NCBI RefSeq assembly: GCF_006345805.1
Contig: NC_042997.1
Location: 154,504,001-154,568,000, forward strand
Origin: Octopus sinensis
Lineage: Eukaryota
DNA length: 64,000 nucleotides
Direction: 5' to 3'
The notes under the pieces are model-generated. The model was not told the origin of the DNA and ran no database searches. It saw nothing but the letters and a program-made list of their open reading frames with translations. Shown here one piece after another: positions 39,425 through 50,054 of this stretch. Made by a program: the position numbers and the translations under genes. Each line of letters opens with the position of its first letter. Positions within the stretch are counted from its first letter, which is position 1.

Positions 39425-39960
39425 CGCGCGCGCGTGTTCCACACACATATACATATATGGCCCAGTAGTTAAGGCAGCGGACTCGCGGTCGGAGGATCGC
39501 GGTTTAGATTCCCAGACCGGGCGTTGTGTGTGTGTATTGAGCGAAAACACCTAAAGCTCCACGAGGCTCCGGTAGGAGAAGGGCGACCCCTGTTGTACTC
39601 TTTCACCCCAACCTTCTCTCACTCTTTCTTCCTATTTCTTGGGTAACGCCGCGATGGACTGCCGTCCCGTCCTGCTGGGAGGGGGAACACATACGCCACA
39701 GAAACTGGGAAACCGGGCCCATGAGCCTGGCTAGGCTTGAAAAGGGCGCATAAATAAATAAAAATATGTGTGTGTGTGTATGTATTTGTGCGTTTGTGTC
39801 TGCATTTGCCCCCTACTATCACATGACAACCGATGTTAGTGTGTTTATGTCCCTGTAACTTACAAAGAATAAGTCCAGGGGTTGATTTCTTCGAGTAAAA
39901 AGGCGGTGCTCCAGCATGGCCACAGTCAAAATAACTGAAACAAATAAAAGAATAAAAGAA
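39192..39960 (+). mobile_element. SINE (internal-microsatellite family) interrupted by a second SINE
   Basis: Head gtggctgtgtggtaagaagcttgcttcc; body resumes at ~39765 and ends aggcggtgctccagcatggccacagtc...aaaagaataaaagaa. Confidence 0.9.
39458..39762 (+). mobile_element. tRNA-derived SINE nested in the microsatellite of the host SINE
   Basis: tggcccagtagttaaggcagcggactcgcggtcg head; tail gaaactgggaaaccgggcccatgagcc...(taaa)n. Confidence 0.85.
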
Positions 39961-40279
39961 TATATAGTTTCCTGATGCGAAGGTCTGGAATAGGAAGGGC
40001 TGGGATCAGACAATTTTTCCTGTTCTGTCTTCATTTTATGCCAAAGTTTACGTCTATCAAGATTAACTTGTGGTAATGTTTATAGGAATATATTCAACTG
40101 CTTGTCAACTTTGACAAGTCTGAGGGAAATGTTTCGAAAGCAGATATCTGTTGTTGATCTCTCATGAACGTTGCTTTTTTCAATGGTAGAACAGAAAATG
40201 ATGTCAGCTTCTTTGATTCCCTCAAACTGAAACGGATTGTAAACAACTGCCGTAATAGTTGATTGACAAAAAATAATAG

Positions 40280-40490
40280 TTTCAAATTTTGACACAAGGT
40301 TAGTCCTTTCGGGAGAGGGGCTAAGTCGATTACATCCACCCCACTGCTGAACAGGTACCTATTTTTTCGATATTGAAAGAATCAAAGGCAAAGTAGACCT
40401 TGGCGTAATTTGAATTCAGAACGTAAAGACGAACGAAATGCTGCTAAGTATTTTGCCCGGTTTAGTAACGGTTCTGCCAGCTCGCCGTCT
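40280..40490 (-). mobile_element. Deu/Nin-type SINE
   Basis: Reverse complement of head and core (tctgccagctcgccgtctt). Confidence 0.8.
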
Positions 40491-41310
40491 TAAGGACAAT
40501 GTAATATTGCCTATACAGTAAGACGGTATAGTGAAGACTGGAATGTTTGTGATCAGGTCTGCTTGATCAGGGCTAACCTGGGACTAGACAACCAACATAC
40601 ACACACTGCTTCCTCTCCATGGTGCTGCTAATGTTAGTGAAATATTTTTAGTAGAGATATTTTCATTGAAATTTCGTTATTAAAATAATAAAATTAGCAA
40701 ATTCTTTTTAACAAAATTTTGAATGATTGTATGCCACTGTTAAATGCAAATAATGGTATGTTATGCAACATGAATTTGAGAGACGTTGTTCAAATGCTCG
40801 TGTAGAATCCAAACAACTTTCTTATGATTACCCTATTGTAAAATTAATTTCCTTCCAAACTGAATGTAATGAAATAGTAAACTAGAAATTGTTGATTAAA
40901 AAATAATAGAATGCAGCAATATCAAGGGGAATGTGAAATAATTGACTACTGAAAATGCTCGTTCTAAAATAATCAATTCATCACGATTGATGTTGAAAAG
41001 TTAATCTTTTGAAGAAAAATGACTACCTGCCACACATTTTTATAACCATAATTGTAAACTGATACCTTTTATGTAAATTATAGAGCTGAGAAGTTAGTGT
41101 TGTGATCAGTTCAAAAGTAATTCAGTTTCGGGAATAAGAAAGATCAAACGGTAAACTTATTAAATGAATGTAGATCATATTCTTAATAGGTGTCCTTAAT
41201 TTTTCGTTTGAAAGAAAACATCATAAAATAACATAAAATTTAATTTTCCACCTATTGGAGAAAAATACTTTGGATTGTCAGTAGAGGGAAACAGTGTGGA
41301 AGCCCGTTGC

Positions 41311-41347
<37 letters not shown>

Positions 41348-41353
41348 CACGCA

Positions 41354-42271
41354 CAGGGTGCGATGGGTAAATTATCGCCATTTTATATTTAAATTTTTTT
41401 ATTTCATGCATGCGCATTGTTTGTGTTTGATTTTGTCGACTGCACAGTATAGTAGAGTCAGTTGGGCAGCGTCTGTGAGAAAAGCAGTACCATGACGTAA
41501 TTATCTCTGCCAGAAATTTGAAAATGATATGCTTGGCATTCGTGCCGGAATTTCCAATTTATTTATTTTATTTTATCTAGTTTCAGCTCACGAGCTGTGG
41601 CCATGTTGGGGCACCGCCAATACGAACATTTCAGAGTGTTTGGGTGTCAATCTTAGGACAGTGCAATCTGAGGACATGCACCGAAAGTGATAAAAATCAA
41701 ACATCCAGTCAACATCATGGTGTTTAGAATTATCACTAGTGATGGCGATGTTATACCTCCATTTATCTTCCCACACGGCCTCAGACTCAACACTGAGGTA
41801 GTGCTGCCCTGGGTCAAGAGGGTGGCTGCTGAAAGACCCTGTGTCTGGCCACAGGATTCTGTACCATGCCATACAAGCAGGAGAACCCAATCATGGCTGT
41901 CAGACAATTTCTGCGACCACATCACCCCAAACATCTGGCCACCTAACTCCCCAGACTGCAATGCCCTTGATTATTAGGTGTTGGGCGTAGTTGAGCGAGA
42001 GACCATCAAAACCTCTTGTAACACCAAAGATGAACTTAAGGCAAGGATTATGGCAGCATTCACCAACAAAGGAACCGTCCAGAATAATTGCAGAAGATTC
42101 TGAAGTCGTCTTGACGCCGTGGTTGAAGCCAATGGAGATTTTATTGAATACATTTACTCTTTAGTATTTCAAGATATTTTTATGCAATTTTGGTAAATAT
42201 ATCTGTTAAAAGAAAATGTCAGTGCTATTTTCATTTTTGCGTAATTTAGACAATATATTCCCCGTACCCTG
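41354..42271 (+). mobile_element. Internally deleted maT (DD37D) transposon
   Basis: TIRs cagggtgcg / cgtaccctg-TA. ORF 41687-41977 reads QD-SVPCHTSRRTQSWLSDNFCDHITPNIWPPNSPDCNAL-DY, with 37 residues between the two aspartates; decayed C-terminus ...VVEANGDFIE. Confidence 0.85.
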
Positions 42272-42283
42272 TATGTATATATA

Positions 42284-42363
<80 letters not shown>

Positions 42364-45096
42364 TATGTGTACGTGAGTTTCTATATCTGCGTTTGTTACT
42401 TCTGCTGATGGTGTGTTTACGTTCCTATGACGCAGCGTTACCAGACTTTAAGCAGTGGGGTCGATTTGTTCAACAAAAACTACACATGGCGGTGACCCAG
42501 TATGCCCGAAGTCCAACGAATGAAGAAGCAAAACAAAAGTGAAAAAAATATTTACTTGTTTGGGTTTAATAAATGGCATAATTAAACTGTGAGATCATAC
42601 GTTACAAAGGCGCACAATAAGGATTGAGCAATCGACTAAACTTTTAGACTACACACAGTTTGGTGCATTAAAATATTACACCAAGGAGGGATACGTAAGA
42701 TTGGGGGTGGCGTTGCAGCATTTTGGATGACAAATGCAGAATGGTTAGCACTTCGGATAAAATGCAAAATGATATTTCTTTCTCATTACGTTCTGACTTC
42801 CAATACTGTCTGAGGTTTCTATCCTTCTGGAGTCGATAAAATAAGTACCGATTAAGCATTGCAGTCTATGTAATAGACTTGCTCCCACCCACTAAAAAAT
42901 TACCGATCTCGTACCAAAATTTGAAGCCGTTATTCAGTCTGAAAAGAAAATATGAACCCAGCTTCACTAGCTAAAGAAAACCCCGTTATTTATACAGTAC
43001 TCCACTATGCAGAGCAGTGAAACTCGGATTATTGAACGATGAATGTTTTTACTATGGACTGCATATCACGAGAGACATAATTTGTATCATAAAACTTTCG
43101 TTTAATTAATATTTAACGTCATTGATTAGTAATTTTCTTATCTAGGAATGATATTGATTTCCAACTTTGGCACAGCGCCATAAATTTAGCATCGAAGAAA
43201 CAGTCGATTGAATATTCCCTTGAATTTATTATTATATATCCGGAGTATTCTATTAACTCCAAAGAGATGAAAGGCAAAATCAGTTCCGGCAGGATTTGAA
43301 CTTGGAACCTGGAGAGGTCAGAAGTAAATATTGATAGTATCTAATCCGACAATCTACTGTTTTTGCCTTTTCATCAGCTATTTCACCTTATCAATGAATA
43401 TATTGGGAAATTATCAAAGGAAAGCACCTTAAGTTTTGAAAATTACAACCATACAGATTAATTTACATAAAAAAAGGCAAGTTAAGCTAATGAAAGTATC
43501 AGATGATATAAAATTTTCAGGGAACATAAAAATATTACAATAATGACTTATTTTGACCAGAAAAAAGTGTAAATTTTTGATAAAATTTAATGTGCTGATG
43601 TGAACTAGATGAAAAAATGATACAGGCGAATGTGGGATGAATTCAGATCAATGAGGTATAGAGTTAAGCAATCCGAATCTAGGCTGGCTTTTACTGCTTG
43701 CATCCTTGTTCAAAGGCATTGTTCAAATACATTTTAAACACACTAAAACCCGGTACTTTTGAATGAGAAGTGGTTATCAATCAGGATGAAATGCAACAAC
43801 ATCGGATAGATTTGCAGATGTAAAACATAGAAAGGAGAAGTATTATAATAATTTCTCTGTCCCAGAACCATAAACGCATAAGAGAAAGGAATGAAATCCG
43901 TTAGACTTTCTAGACGATGATAATCATTTCACAAATTAAACACACCGGGAGCTGTCCTTTAGTGTACGGTTATCAGAAAATATGAAAACAATAGTTACAC
44001 ACATAGACACAAGGCCACATGTTATAAAAAAAAAAATTTATCTTCCATTAAATCGACTCTGCAGTATATTAGTACTATTTTATCGATTATTAACAGATGA
44101 AACGCAAAGTCGATCCTAGCAGCATTTGAACTTCAATAACCTTTGTCAATCGTTTCTACCATCTACTTTCATAAGACAATGTTACAAAGGGCACAATCAC
44201 CGATTTCTGTATCGATAAGTCATTATGTAAGGAAAGAATGAATGCCAGACAAAATGTCTTGCGGTATGTAGATATATCTGTTTTCATTATGAGTTCAGAT
44301 CCCACAATGGTCGACTTGCGATTTACAAACTAGATACCAGAAATATATTGGATTTGATACAGTCAGCTGCATTCTTTCACCAAATACTGACATTTTGTGA
44401 AAATGAAAAAATAATTATTTTATCAAGTAATTCTGATGAATGATAGAAGAGACAGTGTTTTGGACTCAATTCATAGCAATACTTTTGTTTCAGAGGACAA
44501 TAGTAATGTTTTAAGGTCGATTTAACTGACTTTACGCTTCCTAAAGAATATGTGTATTAAGCTGAAGTTTAAAACAATTATGTCGACAGACTACAATGGT
44601 ACAATAGTTTGACATTATGTTACAGTCTTATTTGAAGAACAATAAGTAGGATTTTGGTAAAATGTAACTGCGATACCAGATAAAGCCATTTCGTACCCCC
44701 AAATCTGCTAGTATCCTAATATAGGTCATGTGTCTGGAATTATATGAAATCAATAAATTCGAAGCGAACCTATCAGAGTTTTCGTTCTTCTCTAGTAATT
44801 ACGTTGTAATAGTTTTTTTTTTAGTTTTTAAAAAAATTTATGTCTGAATTTGTGGACAATAGTGTCGTTAGTTATAGGTCTCCAACGTGATAATTAGTGC
44901 TTCACTACATTGCAAACAACTGGAGTGACAAGGGAGTGTTTATAATTCGGTACAAAGAACTTCGTTCGAAAGCCGCTGGTTCTTCGCCGACGTTTACACC
45001 CTTTACCGATAGACATTGGTACTAAAAGATGTACATATATATACACAAACACATACGTTATTGAAATTTGATACAATATTTAGCTAGGGAAGGAAT

Positions 45097-45162
<66 letters not shown>

Positions 45163-45167
<5 letters not shown>

Positions 45168-45424
45168 ATTCGAAGTGTACAGTATTATATATCCATCACG
45201 GCTGATCTTACCGATCGATTTCGCGCTAGGGGCACAACGGAGTGTTAGGTAACAATCCGATGATATAACCCTAATCTCATCAGAGTTTGCAGATATGGAA
45301 TGAAATATGTCGAGTCGCCATATAATCGTATTGTTACCTAACACTCTCTTGTACCCCTAGCGCGAAACCGATTGATAATATCACCTGTGATGGATACATA
45401 ATACTGTACAACTTCGGATAATAT
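45163..45424. mobile_element. Foldback (~104-bp arms) with hammerhead-like motif; probable Penelope-like inverted pLTR
   Basis: tttcgcgctaggggcacaa..gagtgttaggtaacaat pairs with attgttacctaacactc..ttgtacccctagcgcgaaa; minus strand CTGATGAG...CGAAATCGATC. Confidence 0.6.
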
Positions 45425-45529
45425 CCTCACTCTGTTGACAGATATACGAGTGCATCTTTTTCCTGATTTATGAACTTTTAGACGACTTACACGCGCGTGT
45501 ATGCACACACGCACAGACACACACACACA

Positions 45530-45865
45530 CGAGTAAAGACCCCCTTCGGTCGTGCATGTTAATGGGACAGCACCTGGAAAGTTACCCTCCGAGGCACAAG
45601 TCCAGGCAAGGTTATGGAAGACCAGCAGTGGCCCATCTATACCAGCCTCCTCTGTCCATGCCATCGATGTTATCCAAGAGAAAGGAAAAGGCAGATACAG
45701 CTCGACACCAATGACATCGCAACTCATTTCTACAGCTGAGTGGACTGGAGCAACGTGAAATAAAGTGATTTGCTCAAGAACACAGCGTATAACCCTGTCC
45801 GGGAATCGAACTCACTACCCCATGATTGTGAGCCGAACGCTCTACCCACTAATCCATGCACTTTT
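45530..45865 (-). mobile_element. tRNA-derived SINE
   Basis: Minus-strand head ...gagttcgattcccggac, core gtgttcttgagcaaatcactttatttcacgttgctccagtccactcagctg. Confidence 0.8.
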
Positions 45866-45915
45866 ACAATACGCATAAAAACACACACACAAATACACTC
45901 AAATATATATATACA

Positions 45916-46314
45916 TAAGGTGTCTAGACGCAATTTAAAACCGAAAAGGAAATAATTCACGGTCACTAAAAGTGATCAAGGCTGCAGGGAGATCCAGCAT
46001 TGCTAGAAATAAGAGTCTTAGTCACAGAAAGCACGTTATATATAAACTGAGTGGAGGAGACAATCTCCCCACCACAAGCGAGATTAGCATGCTAATTTTG
46101 TATAGAAATTAATACTCATCAGTAATGATTATGCCATTGCTGGTGGTGTAGCTGACTCTCGCTTGTCAGTATTATAGAAAATGCCATAGGAATCAGTGGC
46201 TGATTCCGCAAAATGGTAATGTAAAAATTATCAAATAATTAAGGTGGCTAGATGTAATTTAAAGCCAAAAAGGAAATAATCCACTGCTACTAAAAGTGAC
46301 CAAGGGTGTAGAGA

Positions 46315-46315
<1 letters not shown>
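45916..46315 (-). mobile_element. 324-bp unit plus ~75-bp direct repeat containing a decayed hammerhead motif (retrozyme- or PLE-like)
   Basis: taaggtg..tagaygyaatttaaa.cc.aaaaggaaataat...actaaaagtga.caagg at 45916 and 46240; minus strand 46122-46082 reads CTGATGA-GTAT..ATAC-AAAA-TTAGCATGCTAA-TC. Confidence 0.5.
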
Positions 46316-46372
<57 letters not shown>

Positions 46373-46376
<4 letters not shown>

Positions 46377-46650
46377 CTTAGTGGTTAGGCACTCACGATT
46401 GCAAGATCGTTCTATTCACAGACCGGGCGTTGCGTTGTATTCTTGAGCAAAGCACTTCATTTCACATCACTCTGCGATCATTTCGTTATCTGACATGTGC
46501 CACATGGTGCACCTGTACAGGTAATGTCGATTTGATGGAGAGAGTGAGCTTATGTGAACACAAACATTTGATCACTATAAACAAATCATCTGTGTGGCAG
46601 TTCGGCAAGAGGTTACCGAACCCTCATGCGTCGTCTAACTGCAGGATAAT
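46373..46650 (+). mobile_element. tRNA-derived SINE
   Basis: gacttagtggttagg head; gttgtattcttgagcaaagcacttcatttcac core. Confidence 0.7.
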
Positions 46651-46661
46651 CCATGATACAC

Positions 46662-46694
<33 letters not shown>

Positions 46695-46861
46695 CATATA
46701 TATATACAATTATAAAATATGGGCGTTTAGTTCACAGGTGATCCAAATGACTAGGTACGCTGGGTAAGTGTTGTAACGGATTACCAGGGCTCCAAGCTCA
46801 TAGCCGAAACGGGAGTAATGCAACCATTGCAGATTTCGATATAGCGGGTATATATTTTTTA

Positions 46862-47261
46862 AAGAGGACAACAAGGGTTAAGACAAGAGAAACATCTCAA
46901 GTCATATATGCTATCGTTATTAGGAAAAAAATTAATGTCTGACAGCTGTTTCCGCCATCGGAGACAAATAGGTAAAATGCGAAGTTTATATATTAAAGAA
47001 ACAATGAAATAAAGGACTTGAGAAAAATAAAGAAATGAAGAAAACGTTTCTTTTTTCTTCATTTCTTTATTTTTTCTCCAGTCCTTTATTTCATCGTTTC
47101 CTTAATCTATGCCCTTCACATTTTAGCTATTTGTCTCCGATGACAGAATATCCCATGTTTTGGGATATCTCAGAAACAGCAGTAAGACTTTAAATTTTTC
47201 TAATAATGATAATGTATATGACTTGAGATGTTTGTCTTTCCTTAGTGTTTGTCGTCCTCTT
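46862..47261. mobile_element. ~400-bp foldback palindrome with hammerhead-like motifs in both arms; probable Penelope-like inverted pLTR
   Basis: aagaggacaacaa...aaacatctcaagtcatat...catcggagacaaatag...aaaataaagaaatgaagaaaa is mirrored by ttttcttcatttctttatttt...ctatttgtctccgatg...atatgacttgagatgttt...ttgtcgtcctctt. Confidence 0.75.
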
Positions 47262-47394
47262 GGTTTTCACGAATCTGACATTCATTGGTGAGGAATAATA
47301 GAACAGTCATCTGCCAAACTTTCATTGCGAGTTTGATTTCTTATCAATTTTACTTGCAAATCTTAACATTTTACTATTGCAGAATTTTTTTTAC
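47260..47394 (+). repeat. 135-bp direct repeat, copy 1 (copy 2 at 48668-48802)
   Basis: Offset 1408 bp; three transition mismatches seen. Confidence 0.9.
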
Positions 47395-47417
47395 ATGACC
47401 ATTCCGAAATATAACAA

Positions 47418-47514
<97 letters not shown>

Positions 47515-47744
47515 ATCTATATATATGTATACGACGACCTTTCGCCAGTTTTTGTCTATCGGATTCTATAAAGCGACAGACGAAAACTATAACTCGAGGA
47601 TATAATACAAAACACTTGACTTAAATCTAGTAAAATCCCATTCGGAAATTCCAGGTTGCGAAATTACCATGTTAGCCACATCTTTGCCCTATGTAAAGAA
47701 CAATAAGTAAGGTTTTGGCGATCTGAGACTGCAACACGTAATCA

Positions 47745-47995
47745 AATATGTTGTTTGTTCCTGCTCGAGAGCCATGCCTGGCTCATAAGGCCCGGTTTCC
47801 TGGTTTCATTGGCGTATAGATTCCCCACTCGGACGGGACTCCGGCCCGTCACAGGTGAGCTGCTAGTTGCAGGAAGTTATAATGAAAGAGTCAGCAGAAG
47901 TTCGCCATTACCTTCTGCCGGAGCCGCGCCTGAGATTCGAACCCGCGATCCCTCGACGCGTGTCCGCTGCTCTAACCATTAGGCCATGTGCTTCC
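47745..47995 (-). mobile_element. tRNA-derived SINE (tail type of 39458-39762)
   Basis: ccgctgctctaaccattaggcc head and ggctcataaggcccggtttcctggtttc tail, as read on the plus strand. Confidence 0.8.
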
Positions 47996-48667
47996 GTTAT
48001 CAAAAGTAGGCAACTGATATCACTTCTTTCGCCAATTCCTTACTATAGAACTTTTGAGTGACTTTAAGAACGTCAGATGCTTGGTGTGAAGAGAGCTGAA
48101 CTGAGATTTTCCATTATCTTTTATTGTATATCACTTAAAATTAATCCTTTTTACTATTACTTATCCATATAAAAAGCTGCTTTTAATTCATTTAGATGAT
48201 CAACATCTAAAATTAGTATCAGATGTTTCGAGTAACCTCTGATTTTTCTCATTCAAAAATCAGTAAGCAATATTTTGAATTAGTTTCTAAATTGTCTCCT
48301 TCCATTATAAAAATATGGCAGGCAGCCGGTAAGTAACTGCTCAGATGTTCTAGAAATAATAGTCAATTCTTCCCAGATACCATTCCACAGTCCTAAAAAA
48401 AAAGCTTGTTGCACAATGTCCTCCGGCACTTACAATGTCTGAAATAAAACCGGAATTGTTGCGGCTGGAAAGCCCTTGCGTTCAAAATTATCCCATCAGT
48501 GCTAACAACAGCAGCAGTAGACGTCTCCCAACCCACAGAACAGACGCAGTGAAATCACCCTTACCCGTCTTGTTGCTTAACAACAACAACAACAACAACA
48601 ACAGCAGTAGCAACGACAACAAGAAATATTCCATTAAAGCATAGCCTAAATGTCACGAAGAACAGGA

Positions 48668-48802
48668 TTGGTTTTCACGAATCTGACATTCGTTGGTGAG
48701 GAATAATAGAATAGTCATCTGTCAAACTTTCATTGCGAGTTTGATTTCTTATCAATTTTACTTGCAAATCTTAACATTTTACTATTGCAGAATTTTTTTT
48801 AC
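48668..48802 (+). repeat. 135-bp direct repeat, copy 2
   Basis: See 47260-47394. Confidence 0.9.
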
Positions 48803-49864
48803 TGCTACATATATGGTGATTTCAGAACTTTGATAGCATCTTTAGAAGTGTGCTATTCAGTTATAAATTTATATAACCCTCGAAAATTTCCAGATAGTTT
48901 GAAGATTTATTACCGACTAATTTTCTCTCTTTGAAACAAAATTAAAATACAAGTTTAAAATATATCAAATAACTATTTTCCTTTTCTAACTTAAACTTTC
49001 TTTAAGATACATTGTTTTTGGTGATATTTTATACATATGATTTGTTGAAATCACCTTCAAAATTCATCTTTTTAATGAGAAGAAAGTTTTATGCAATATC
49101 AATATATAATATTCATATTTCTTGTTCTTACGTGGAATAATATTATTTCATATAATTACCTTGCCTTTTATATTGTCTTTCAACTACAACTTATAAAAAC
49201 TTATGTATATGCCTCTTCCAAGTACCATATAACTGTAGTGCAAGTTATTTTATGTGTCTCTGTGGCGTCAGAGAATTGATTTTCATTTATGATTCAGACT
49301 TCAACTCAATGAAAGTTACATAAAATAATATATTGCATGCATAAGTTTCACCGCTGAGGTATATACAGAAGTCAACAGCTGATACTCACATGTTTGCAAC
49401 TACACTTTTTCATTCTATACAAAGCGTAACATATATTCGTTTAGAAAACTCAACATGAAAACGCATGCATAAGTAACAAGGTTTTTTCCGCTCCTGCATC
49501 CTCAGGGTCTAATATACTTTAAGACGCCAATTTAAATTGAAATCGAACACGCATGTGACGTGTCAGACATTTTGTAGTATTACCAGAACAGATAATCTCA
49601 TATTTTTGTGCAAAAGAAGATGTAATGGTAACCGTTTCTAAGTAACACAATTCATTTCACTTGAAAATAATAATTTTTCACCACGGAAAGGCAATTATTT
49701 TCAGGTTTTATCGATGGTTTTTGGTGCAGTATTTTATATCATATTTTTATGTTTACAGTGTATATTCACGCAAACGCCATAGGAATAAGTACATTCCAGT
49801 GAAATAAAATGGCATTACTTATAAACAGTTTAGTTCTTAATTAAAGTCCATGCATATACACACA

Positions 49865-49931
<67 letters not shown>

Positions 49932-50000
49932 ATGTGTGTGTATATGTGTGTGTGTGAATATATATATGTGTGTGTGTGTATGTGTGTATTTATATATGTG

Positions 50001-50054
<54 letters not shown>

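Noticed and set aside
39458-39530. tRNA gene (also 15120-15193, 45790-45865 and 47925-47995)
   Set aside because: tRNA-like A/B boxes run directly into SINE bodies; no complete acceptor stem or terminator.
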